This document shows, piece after piece, positions 25,371 through 37,400 of a stretch of DNA of 64,000 nt. This stretch comes from Mustelus asterias (Eukaryota), in NCBI RefSeq assembly GCF_964213995.1, contig NW_027590219.1, positions 62,001 to 126,000 on the forward strand. The letters run 5' to 3'. Numbering within the stretch: the first letter of the stretch is position 1; each line of letters starts with the position of its first letter. The notes under the pieces are model-generated. The model did not search any database. It was not told the DNA's origin and was given only the letters and a program-made list of their open reading frames with translations. A program made the position numbers and the translations under genes.

Positions 25371-26274
25371 TTATTATAATGGTACATTATAATCTTTAGT
25401 TTGATCCAGTGGATAGCGAGATAGTTCAAAATCAAGAGATTTTACTCTTTTGTATTCTTGTCTGATGTACTGAGGCTGGGTGGCCACTGTGCCTAAGAAC
25501 TAATTGGATTTACCCGAGCAGCAGCTTGAGGTAATTATTAACTGAGGAAAAGGTTGACTCTGACACAGGGAGCTGGCCACTCAGGGGTGAAAAGTCAGGG
25601 CTCCGTAATGATTTGTTGCTGGCTGATTACTGAAGACACTTACCCGAGGCAAGAATCACATGTACATCTCAGCAAGTGGGATTGTGTCTGAGACAGAGTC
25701 TTGAGAGGGGAGCGCTGTGATGGATCAACACCTCGATAAAGTTGCAAAAATCATTGTCTGATTTGATTTGATTTATTATTGTCACATGTATTAGCATACA
25801 GTGAAAAGTATTGTTTCTTGTACGCTATACAGACAAAGAGTACCGTACGTAGAGAAGGAGAGGATGCTGAATGTAGTGTTACAGTCATAAGAGTTAGAAT
25901 AAAGTTTTAGAAGCATAGAACAAGTAGAAGATAGAATTAGAGGGTATGCTGGGCACAGCTTGCAAGAAGTCGCCTCACTCCAGCACCATCTTGGAAATTT
26001 TCCTGAATTGATATGCAAATCTCTTTCCTTTAATAATAATTTTAATGTTAATTTAATGTTGTAAAATGTATTATTCAAAGAATCCTGTCCTGCCTTAATT
26101 AAGTCTTGTTTGAACAGACATTTTCTTTTCATGGGGTGTGGGTGTCACTGGCCAGACCAGTATTTTTATTACCTGTTCCTAATTGCCCTTGAGGTGGTGG
26201 TGAGCTGCCTTCCTGAACCGCTGCAGTCCCTGTGGTTTGAGGGACACTCGCAGTGCTGTTAGGGAAGGGATTTA

Positions 26275-29200
26275 CTAAGTCATTCGCAGATTTCATCCGG
26301 CCTCGGCATTCTGCTACGGGGGGGCAACTTCACCGTCTCCTAAGTTAAGGAGGTGGTGGGAGGACGCCTCCTCGTAGCAGACGTCACGTACAAAAACTGC
26401 CCTCTCAGGCTGATTAATGTGTATGCCCCTGCCGTCAAGACCGAGCGGCTGGCACTTTTTGAACAGCTGCCACTGCTACTCACCACCTCCAGGCCAATCA
26501 TACTGGGTGGGGACTTTAACTGTATCATTGACAAGGCCGGCCGATCCAACAGGGCCGAAAGTAAACTGGACGCTACGTCCAGAGCCCTGCTGGAAACAGT
26601 CAAAGATGCCAAGCTGCTCGACGTCTTCAGCGATCCAGCAGACGGAGGGCAGCGTAGATACACGTGGTCGCGGCCAGACGGGTCTGTCCGCTCCAGGATC
26701 GACTTCATGTTTGCATCCCGCGCTCACGGTCAGGTCCACCGACGTCAAGCCGGTGTTCTTCTCTGATCACTGCCTCCTGCTGGCAGACTGTCAGCTGGAG
26801 CAAAACCAGAAAGTGGGCAGGGGGTCCTGGAAGCTTAATGTAGAACTGTTGACCCCAGAGAACCTCGAGGAACTCAAGAGGGTTTACCACGGTTGGAGAA
26901 CCGTGAAACCCTTCTTTGAGTCTCCATCGCTCTGGTGGGAAACCATCAAGGGCAACATCAAGAGGTTCTTTATCCGAAAAGGGGTTTAGAAGGCCAGGGA
27001 GAGACGGGGGGAAATGTCCCGACTCCAGAAAAGCATGCAGGAGCTACTCCAACTGCAGTCGATGGGGGTTGATGTCAAGGAGGACCTCCGGGAGGTGAAG
27101 AGCCAGCAAGCCTCGCTCTTTGCCTCAGAGGCCTCCAAGGTTATCTTCCGGTCCAGGGTCCGCTCCGTGGAGCAGGACGAAACGTGCTCGCGCTTCTTCT
27201 TCCAGAAGGTGCACAGAGAAACCTCTGTGATCACAAGCCTGAAGGAAGAAGATGGCTCTGTAGGGTCATCGCAGTCTGACATCCTGAGGATTTGCAAATC
27301 CTTCTATGCCGGACTGAATGACCTGAAGCCAACAGACAGCACGGCCTCCCAGTCTTTCCTGTCGTCTATCACACAAGTCTTGGACGACGGCGAGCGGGAG
27401 AGCCTGGACAGACCGGTAGCTCTGGATGAGCTGACAAAGGCAGTCGAGTCCCTTCAGAAGGGTAAAACTCCCGGTAGCGACGGCTTACCGGCTGCGCTTT
27501 ACTCGGCATTGTGGGACTTGACGGGCCCGGACCTCCTGGAAGTATACGAGAGTATGCTTCTGGAAGGCAGCATGTCAGAATCCATGAGGAAAGGCATCAT
27601 TACCCTCATCTACAAGCAGAAGGGGGAAAGGGAAGAAATTAGAAATTGGAGACCTATTTCACTATTGAATGTGGATTACAAGATTCTGGCCAAGGTCATC
27701 ACCAACCGGGTCAAGTCTGCTCTGGGGTCAGTGATCCATCCTGATCAAACCTGTGCTGTACCCGGCAGGAAGATCTCTGATAGCCTCGCGCTACTCAGGG
27801 ATACGATCGCCTACGTGCAGGACAGGCAGGTGGACACCTGCCTCATCAGTCTAGACCAGGAGAAGGCGTTTGACAGAATATCGCACAGCTACATGATGGA
27901 TGTGCTCTCCAAAATGGGCTTTGGGGAGGGAATCCGCATTTGGATCCAACTGCTCTACACAGACATCAGTAGCGCAGTTTCAATCAATGGGTGGGAATCA
28001 GATATGTTTCAAATCAGGTCTGGAGTCAGGCAGGGCTGCCCTCTCTCCTCCGTCCTTTTTGTGTGTTGCATTGAACCCTTTGCCGAGGCCCTCAGAAGCG
28101 ACCCAGGCATGAAAGGGGTTACAATCCCAGGCAGCGGAGGGACGCAAGTTAAAGCCTCCCTCTACATGGATGACGTGGCTGTCTTCTGCTCGGACCCCTC
28201 GTCTGTTCGCAGGCTTCTTCGAGTCTGTGAGCAGTTCGAGCTGGCCTCGGGGGCCAAAGTCAACCAGGGTAAGAGTGAGGCCATGTTCTTTGGGAACTGG
28301 CCTGACACATCCTTTGTCCCCTTCACCATTAGGGTAGACTACCTCAAGGTGCTGGGGATATGGTTCGGAGCGGCAGGGGCATGCGCCAAAAACTGGGAGG
28401 AGCGCATCGCCAAAGCCAGACAAAAATTGGGATTGTGGGAGCAACGCTCCCTCTCCATTACTGGGAAGAACCTTGTGATCCAATGCGAGGTTCTGTCCGT
28501 GTTGTTGTACGTGGCGCAGGTGTGGCCTCTCCCCAAGTCCTGCACAGCAGCAGTGACCCGGGCCATCTTCAAGTTCATCTGGAGATCAAAGATGGATCAT
28601 GTCCGGAGGGAGGCGATGCACAAATCTCCAGAGAACGGAGGGAAAAACGTTCCCAACGCCGCCCTCATCCTGATGGCCACCTTTGTGTGCGGCTGCATCA
28701 AGCTGTGTGTAGATCCTCGGTACAGCAACAGCAAGTGCCACTATTTTTTGAGGTTCTACCTGTCCCAAGTGTTGCGGAGGATGGGTCTGGCCACATTGCC
28801 GCGGAACGCTCCAAGTAGTTGGACCGTACCGCAGCACCTGTCCTTCGTGGAGAAATTCTTCCGGAAACACACCTTTGACCACATGGCTATCAAGCAGTGG
28901 TCAGCACGTAATGTCCTTGAGGCCCTGAGAGAAAAGGAGACGGCAGATCCTGTCGGATGGTTCCCTGAGCGGACTGTCAATGTCATTTGGCAGAATACCT
29001 CATCACCAGAACTCACAAACAAGCACCAAGACCTGGCTTGGCTGGTGGTGAGAAGGGCACTCCCCGTCAGATCCTTTATGCACGCCCGGGGTCTCAACCT
29101 CACCGCACGCTGCCCTCGAAGCGGCTGCGGGGCTGATGAGACGGTGGCACACCTCCTTGTGGAATGTGCCTTTGCAAAGAAGGTCTGGAACGAGATGCAG

Positions 29201-29784
29201 TGGTATTTGTCGCGGTTCGTCCCGAGCAGCTCGGTGACGCAGGACTCTGTGCTCTACGGGCTGTTTCCGGGGACGCACACCGAGACAAATATCAACTGCT
29301 GCTGGAGGGTCATCAACTCGGTGAAGGACGCGCTTTGGTCCGCCCGAAACTTGCTGATCTTCCAGCTGAAAGAATTGTCCTCGACCGAGTGTTGCAGACT
29401 GGCACATTCCAAGGTCCAGGACTACGTGCTCAGGGACGCGCTCAAGCTTGGGGCAGCCGCCGCCATGGCACAATGGGGAAAGGCCACCGTGTAAAGCGTC
29501 TCAACCGAGGCAGACCGAGGGCCAGGTAACTGCAGAATACTCTCGGCCTGCGTAACTGTGTGCCAACCTGAAAAATAACGGCACACAGTAAACTCTGACA
29601 CATGTATATAGTTTTAAGAAATGAAATGTAATGGAATGTAATGTTTTTGTAAATGAGCACGGTATTGGACTGTAAAAATGATTCTTTTTTACACTGTTTA
29701 TGACTTTTGGATCTGTAATTTTGCAATGTTTTATTGGAGAGTTTTTTTTGTGTGAATAAAGTATATTTTTGAAATAAAAAAAAA
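26275..29784 (+). mobile_element. Tx1-clade (L1 group) non-LTR retrotransposon, 5'-truncated
   Basis: APE endonuclease (LINVYAP, GGDFN, SRIDF, SDH) with frameshift ~26725 and TAG 26987; RT in ORF 27014-29494 (WRPISLLN, LDQEKAFD, YMDD) and C-terminal CPRSGC..E...H...C; 3'UTR with AATAAA and A tail. Confidence 0.9.
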
Positions 29785-29823
29785 CCTGTTGGACTTTAAC
29801 CTGGTGTTGTGAGACTTCTTACT
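29785..29823 (+). repeat. Penelope-type terminal repeat fragment at the Tx1 3' junction
   Basis: cctgttggactttaacctggtgttgtgagacttcttact matches 38809-38848 and the reverse complement of 38682-38716. Confidence 0.7.
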
Positions 29824-29964
29824 ATTGCTCTGATCCCAGGTCAGTGATTCTGATCTTATATTGTAAAGTATATTTCAACCCTTGTGCAATTTCCGTTTCC
29901 CAGCTCTGTGTGACTATTGTCTTCCTCTGTCTCCTAACCCGCTTTGTATCCGCTGTATATTTTC

Positions 29965-30283
29965 TTTTTTTTAATACTTTTCCAATTCAATCAAATCAAA
30001 TCCAATTCAGAGTCTCAACAAGTTGAGACATTTCAGATCCAGGCTGACAAGACAGGACGGGAGACCAAAACCCCCCTGTCCTGGGCCTGATCTACATGAG
30101 TCAAGCTGATTGGAGAAGGGGGAGGTTCCTCCTCCAAGACTTGAGCTCATTTGCATCTTAGCCAAAAGGCCGAGATGCCGCTTTTAAAAATTGCTTCATA
30201 TGAAACATATGAAGCCTCAGCGTAACCTAATGACCTCAACCAAGTGCAGGCGATCCATACTACACTTGATCTTAGCCAAAGGC
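29965..30283 (-). mobile_element. U2 snRNA-headed SINE-like element, copy 3 (uninterrupted, lacks U2 nt 1-11)
   Basis: 30283-30257 = U2 nt 12-39 with a 1-nt deletion; internal perfect U2 nt 7-27 at 30175-30155; ends GGAAAAGTATT plus A8 tail. Confidence 0.9.
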
Positions 30284-30285
30284 AG

Positions 30286-30595
30286 ACGTGAGTAACGGAG
30301 ACTCAGTATCCCAGTCAGAACCAGGAGTTGAAGCAGCAGAGGGTGAAGATTCAGCAATACCCTGCAGTTACTCGGTACCGAGTTCAGCTGTACAACATTA
30401 CCTGTTCTAGTATCGCCAGTATACACACCGAGCTCCTCGGTATCTGCTCAGAGCCGATAGTTATGGGTTTAACGAGACGGCTCCCGGCTTTGAACATTTC
30501 AGCGGGAACCTCAACCAGAAACAAAGCACTTTTCACTTGTCAATGAAAGATTTGAAGATGACTGACAGCGCCGTGTATTACTGTGCACTGAGACC
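30286..30595 (+). pseudogene. T-cell receptor alpha/delta-type V segment pseudogene
   Basis: GDSVSQSEPGVEAAEGEDSAIPCSYSVPSSAVQHYLF*YRQYTHRAPRYLLR...FSGNLNQKQSTFHLSMKDLKMTDSAVYYCALR; both canonical Cys present; invariant Trp is TAG at 30408-30410; phase-1 acceptor cag|ac. Confidence 0.9.
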
Positions 30596-30634
30596 CACAG
30601 TGCATGAGCCTCCCATGGGCCTCATACAAAAACT
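30596..30634 (+). other. 23-bp-spacer recombination signal sequence (RSS)
   Basis: CACAGTG (30596-30602) + 23 nt + ACAAAAACT (30626-30634) directly after YYCALR. Confidence 0.95.
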
Positions 30635-31339
30635 AGTGCAGGTCGATAATCAAGTGTTCTGTGTCAGGAAAAGAGAGTCGGATCTCATCGAAAATGCACA
30701 GAAAGGGAAGGGGACAATACAGCCCCAGCTGAACGATATTCCCCGCAGAGCTCATCCATTATCAGTATTGTGAAATGTCACATTTGGCGGTCATATTATT
30801 CCCGGATCAAATCCAATCATTCTCCGATCAAATTCGAACAAATTTGCAGATTACCCCAGGTGAATAACTTCGTTAAGCTGTACTTAGAAAAGATATGGAT
30901 CAGGTGCCTTTCTGTCAGGCGACACATTTTAAAAGTGATCAATTATCAAATGCAGCTTCAGAATTGTCCCATTTTATATTTGTGGAGAAGAAATATTGAC
31001 TGATTGAAATCAGAGCTTTACTATTTGAGGAAGGATATCCTTGGTATAGAGGGAGTAGAGCGAAGGTTTACCAGGCTGATTCCTGGGATGGCAGGTTTGC
31101 TATATGAGAAATCTGTTGGTCCCTCACGCCTGACCCGCCATTCAAGAAGATAATGTCCGATATGAGCAGGTCTCAACTACTTTTCACCAGACAGACACCA
31201 TTTAGATACTTCTCATGTGCAAAGAGATTGATTAAGTTACCCCATTTGTCAATACTCCACCACTAAAAGCTCAAACGATTCGATCAACAGGCAGTGCATT
31301 TGTGGACACATTCAGCAAGGCATATGACAGGATGGGCGT

Positions 31340-32200
31340 CGGACTAAACAGTAAAAATTAAAAAGTTCTCTACCAGTGCTCCCCTGCAACACAAAGCTAC
31401 CCTCCAAGCCATCAGGATCCAAGGGGAGTCCTTGGACAACGTGGATCATTTCCAATAAGTCAGGTGCCTCCTCTCGGCAGGAACAGAAATTGGCGATGAA
31501 ATTCAGCATCGACCCCAGTGTGCCAGTGCAGTCTTTGGACGCCTGAAACAGAATGTTCAAACACGGAAATCTCAAACCCAGCACTAGGCTCGTGGTCCCC
31601 ACCATGCTGTAATCATGAGAAACATGGGTTATGTACTGCAGACATCTCAAATCCATTTGGAGATATCACCAATATTGCCTTTGCAAATTCGAGCAACAGG
31701 GAGGATAGACGTACGAATGTGAGTGTCCTCTTCCATGCAAATATCCCCAGTATCGAGGCACTGGTCACACTCGACCAGCTGTGACCGACAAGCCACATAA
31801 TCGCATGCCATACTCAAATCTCCCAAAACATGTGCTCTGCACCGAGCTCTGTATAGGTAAGCGATCACTCGAGGGGAGAGGAATAAGGACACTCGGAAAG
31901 CCTCCCTAAATTAATACAGCATCCGAATCGACACTTGGGAATTGCTTGCCGTAGAATGACCAAAATGGAGAAGAAACATCCGTGAAGGCACCAATCACCT
32001 CGAGCATCACTGGGCACAGCACATGGTGGCAAAACATCAACATCAGAAAGAGAGCGCATTATCCAGAGTGTCCCACCTGCCCACCACCGAAGAAAGCTGT
32101 GGCAGAGTCTCCATCTCCAGCATTGGATAATTCAACCACCGCGGAACACTTCTTTGGAGTGCAAAACCAGACCGCGAGTGACTGCAAAAGTGCAAAAGAT
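31340..32200 (+). mobile_element. Degenerate RTE-clade LINE fragment
   Basis: RHLKS..RYHQYCL..., EDRRTNVSVL..ANIPSIEAL, C..CP..K C-terminal motif, many frameshifts. Confidence 0.6.
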
Positions 32201-32909
32201 AAGTGAGGGGAGAAGAAAAATCAGATTTAAAATCCCACACGGATGAGCTGTGAATCTTGAGGTTGATTTCCATGTTAAAAATCTCAAACGACACTAGGAT
32301 AGAGCGGAGGGAATTTTAAACTGTAAATAAATCCACTCCCAGCAGGCTTTGGACTTTTGGATCTGCAGTGGAGGTGAAGCTTTACACTGAATCCCTGGTG
32401 TTAGAGTGAAGGAATGATATCATATATAGTTTCAATCAAACCTTAATGGCAATGGAGAGGATTGATAAAGAGCAACTACCTCCTCTTGTTGGAGATTTTA
32501 GGACTTGATTTACATGTCATGATTTTAAACTGCTCCATTAAACCTCTGTTCGGAGGTAAATATCCCAACTTTCACCAGCCCCTCTGAGAAACTGTTCGAT
32601 CTTATCCTGGGGACCATTCCAGTAAATCTCTGTGCCTTAAAGGAAGTGTTCATGTGCTTCCCAAAGTGTGGGGTCCAGCAATTAGCACACTACACCAGCT
32701 GAAACACATAGTATATTTTATCAAGATTTAGGACTACTTCCTGATATGTGAACTTGGTTCCTCTTTTTGTTTGTGTCTGTGATGGTCTTTTTGTTAATTT
32801 GTGGGTGCTTGTGAAAAATTCTGTTTTTTTCTGTCTGTTCTGCTCTGTGTGAGTGAGTGTCTCTGTGTTTATAAGTGTGCCTGTCCATATATATCTGTGT
32901 GTGTGCGTA

Positions 32910-33020
32910 TGAGATAGACAGAGAAATCGATAGAGAGAGAGAGTCAAAGAGAGAGAGAGAGAGAAAGAGACAGAGAGAGAGAGACAGAGAGGAGAGAGGC
33001 AGAGAGACGGAGAAGAGGGG
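32910..33020. repeat. (GA)n-rich simple repeat
   Basis: Directly visible. Confidence 0.9.
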
Positions 33021-33389
33021 TCGTGGAGCATTTGGAATCCAAATCAGTTGTTTTATCTGTATCTTCGTTTCTTGTAGATCAAGAGCTGCAAAATGGGAAA
33101 ACGTTGATATCTCTTCTTTTTTTGATACAGCACGGACACAGTGTGATTAAGGCTCGAAAGATTTCTCTCAATTTTCCATTCCTCAGCTATTATTTCTTTT
33201 CTTCGTCCCGTCACAAATCCAGCCCAGCCCTACTTATATTTTATTCGTGTATATTTAAAGTGTATTTGCTTATCTGAATTCTTGATTCCAGCATATTTAG
33301 GGTCCCATTTCACTCTGAACTATAAGCCATTGGTCAGACAGAAACAGAAAGCCAATCGGAAAAATGTCGAACGTGCCCGCCAGAAAGAC

Positions 33390-33540
33390 AAGTACACACA
33401 CAGGCACACACATGGACAAGCACGTAGACAAACACGCAGACAAACACACGCCAAGCACGAACAAAAACGCACAGACAAACACACACACAGGCACATACAG
33501 ATAAACACACAGGCACACACCAACAAACACACACATACGT
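33390..33540. repeat. (CA)n-rich simple repeat
   Basis: Directly visible. Confidence 0.9.
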
Positions 33541-34419
33541 CCTGAAAGCGTTAAAAATCATACAAGTTTTTAAAGAAATGTTGCGTTCTGTTAAAATTTC
33601 AAAGACAGAGAGACCCTGATGAAACAAAATGTTTCTCAGATACAAATAATATTCAAGGGCAATGGTTGTTTTAATTACACGAAGGATTTCTTGATATAAT
33701 ATACACACAAGAATCAAATTGAACTCTGTGCAGCTGAAACTTGTGTACATTCGCTGAAAACATGGAAGTCGATAAACTATTGGTCAATTAAATATATATG
33801 TATTATGTCGTGACGTTGGTGGATCAATAGAATGGAATGTATGGTTGATATTGCAATTAAATAGATGTACTTAAATTGTAATTGGACAACTATACTCACA
33901 TGTTATACATTATGTAATCCCAAATATTAAACGGAATGGGCATAGATAATTTGTAAACAAATCTATTCATGGTCGAACATAATTGCTTGTAGTTCAGCTA
34001 AAGTTCATAGCTGGCATTGCATTTTCTTATTCGGAGAGCTTGCGATCCCCAGTGGCTGACAGACGTTCTTGCTTTAACATGAATAAAGTTCTTGATCTGG
34101 AACTTCCAGTGCCGGCTGGTCAGTTGCAAAACGGTCGAACAGCTGCGGAACTCCAAGAACACACACACACAGGCCGACTGATATGCATCTATCCATGCAG
34201 GAATCATTTGGGTTAGAATTGAAATAGTTGGACACGCTGAAAGGAACAATATCGCTCATTTGCCTTGTTTTGGCGAAGTGGACTTTCCCACACCGCGTGA
34301 AATTGGATTTTTCTCAAGCTGTTGCGTGGAGGAAAATGCGTGGAGAACTGACAACAAACGAGGTAGGAGACGAGCCTTTTGACTCTAGTGGGAGCGGCCG
34401 AAACATTTCCTGAATCAGC

Positions 34420-37400
34420 TCATAGAACATAGAACAGTACAGCACAGAACAGGCCCTTCGGCCCACGATGTTGTGCCGAGCTTTATCTGAAACCAAGATC
34501 AAGCTATCCCACTCCCTATCATCCTGGTGTACTCCATGTGCCTATCCAATAACCGCTTAAATGTTCCCAAAGTGTCTGAATCCACTATCACTGCAGGCAG
34601 TCCATTCCACACCCCAACCACTCTCTGCGTAAAGAACCTACCTCTGATATCCTTCCTGTATCTCCCACCACGAACCCTATAGTTATGCCGCCTTGTAATG
34701 GCTCCATCCACCCGAGGAAATAGTCTTTGAACGTTCACTCTATCTATCCCCTTCATCATTTTATAAACCTCTATTAAGTCTCCCCTCAGCCTCCTCCGCT
34801 CCAGAGAGAACAGCCCTAGCTCCCGCAACCTTTCCTCATAAGACCTACCCTCCAAACCAGGCAGTATCCTGGTAAATCTCCTCTGCACTCTTTCCAGCGC
34901 TTCCACATCCTTGCTATAGTGAGGTGACCAAAACTGCACACAATACTCCAAATGTGGTCTCACCAAGGTCCTGTACAGTTGCAGCATAACCCCACGGCTC
35001 TTAAACTCCAACCCCCTGTTAATAAAAGCTAACACACGATAGGCCTTCTTCACAGCTCTATCCACTTGAGTGGCAACCTTTAGAGATCTGTGGATATGAA
35101 CCCCAAGATCTCTCTGTTCCTCCACAGTCTTCAGAACCCTACCTTTGACCCTGTAATCCACATTTAAATTAGTCCTACCAAAATGAATCACCTCACATTT
35201 ATCAGGGTTAAACTCCATTTGCCATTTTTGAGCCCAGCTTTGCATCCTATCTATGTCTCTTTGCAGCCTACAACAGCCCTCCACCTCATCCACTACTCCA
35301 CCAATCTTGGTGTCATCAGCAAATTTACTGATCCACCCTTCAGCCCCCTCCTCTAAGTCATTAATAAAAATCACAAAGAGCAGAGGACCAAGCACTGATC
35401 CCTCCGGCACACCGCTAGCAACCTGCCTCCAATCCGAAACTTTTCCATCCACCACCACCCTCTGTCTTCGATCAGACAGCCAGTTACCTATCCAATCGGC
35501 CAACTTTCCCTCTATCCCACACCTCCTCACTTTCATCATAAGCCGACCATGGGGGACCTTATCAAACGCCTTACTAAAATCCATGTATATGACATCAACT
35601 GCCCTACCTTCATCAACACACTTAGTTACCTCCTCAAAAAATTCTATCAAATTTGTGAGGCACGACTTGCCCTTCACGAATCCGTGCTGACTATCCCGGA
35701 TTAATCCCCATCTTTCTAAATGGTCATAATCCCATCTCTAAGGACCTTTTCCATCAATTTACCAACCACCGAAGTAAGACTAACCGGTCTATAATTACCA
35801 GGGTCATATCTATTCCCTTTCTTAAACAGAGGAACAACATTCACCATTCTCCAGTCCTCTGGCACCATCCCCGTGGACAGCGAGGACCCAAAGATCAAAG
35901 CCAAAGGCTCTGCAATCTCATCCCTTGCCTCCCAAAGAATCCTAGGATACATTTCATCAGGCCCAGGGGACTTATCGACCTTCAGTTTATTCAAAACTGC
36001 CAGGACATCCTCCCTCCAAACATCTATTTCCTCCAGCCTATTAGCCTGTAACACCTTCTCTTCCTCAAAAACATGGCCCCTCTCCTTGGTGAACACTGAA
36101 GAAAAGTATTCATTCATCACCTCGCCTATCTCTACTGACTCCATACACAAGTTCCCACTACTGTCCTTGACCAGTCCTAACCTCACCCTGGTCATTCTTT
36201 TATTCCTCACATAAGAGTAAAAGGCCTTGGGGTTTTCCTTGATCCGACTCGCCAAGGACTTCTCGTATCCCCTCCTAGCTCTCCTAAGCCCCTTTTTCAG
36301 CTCATTCCTTGCTAACTTGTAACCCTCAATCGAGCCATCTGAACCTTGTTTCCTCATCCCTACATAAGCTTCCCTCTTCCTTTTCACAAGACATTCCACC
36401 TCTTTTGTGAACCATTGTTCCCTCACTCGGCCATTTCCTCCCTGCCTGACAGGGACATACCTATCAAGGACATCCAGTATTTGTTCCTTGAAAAAGTTCC
36501 ACTTTTCATTAGTTCCTTTCCCTGACAGTTTCTGTTCCCAACTTATGCCCCCTAATTCTTGCCTAATTGCATCATAATTACCTCTCCCCCAATTGTAAAC
36601 CTTGCCCTGCCGTACGGCCCTATCCCTCTCCATTGCAATAACAAAAGACACCGAATTGTGGTCACTATCTCCAAAGTGCTCTCCCACAACCAAATCTAAC
36701 ACTTGGCCCGGTTCATTTCCCAGTACCAAATCCAATGTGGCCTCACCTCTTGTTGGCCTATCCACATATTGTGTCAGGAAACCCTCCTGCACACACTGCA
36801 CAAAAACTGCCCCATCCGAACTATTTGACCTACAAAGGTTCCAATCAATATTTGGAAAGTTAAAGTCCCCCATGACAACTACCCTGTGACCCCCACACAT
36901 ATCCATAATCTGCTTAGCAATTTCTTCCTCCACATCTCTGTTACTATTTGGGGGCCTATAGTAAACTCCTAACAACGTGACCGCTCCTTTCCTATTTCTA
37001 ACCTCAGCCCATATTACCTCAGTGTGCAGATCCCCCTCGAAGTGCCTTTCCGCAGCCGTTAAACTATCCTTGATTAACAATGCCACTCCTCCACCTCTTT
37101 TACCAGCTTCCCTACACTTAGTGAAACATCTATACCCCGGAACGTCCAACAATCATTCCTGTCCTTCTTCTACCCACGTCTCCGTAATGGCCACAACATC
37201 GTAGTCCCAAGTACCAATCCACGCCCCAAGTTCATCTACCTTGTTCCGGATGCTCCTTGCATTGAAGTAGACACACTTCAACCCACCTTCCTGTCTACCG
37301 GTACCCACCCTTGACCCTGATACCTTCCCCAATACCTCACCACCCTCACTGACTTCTGGATTACAACTCCTTTTCCCACTCCCCTGACAAATTAGTTTAA

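Noticed and set aside
27998-29529. Antisense and alternative-frame ORFs within Tx1 (and similar ones within CR1 copies)
   Set aside because: By-products of GC-rich or recently inserted retroelement coding sequence; no independent motifs.
29889-29945. Possible leader exon for the V segment (SQLCVTIVFLCLLT)
   Set aside because: No ATG or clear donor; better explained as the pyrimidine-rich intron end with branch point CTAAC. The true leader was not located.
30603-30625. Near-palindromic RSS spacer
   Set aside because: Short and imperfect; chance is sufficient.
32690-33750. Several ORFs rich in C/V/R/E/T/H
   Set aside because: Translations of (GA)n and (CA)n simple repeats.
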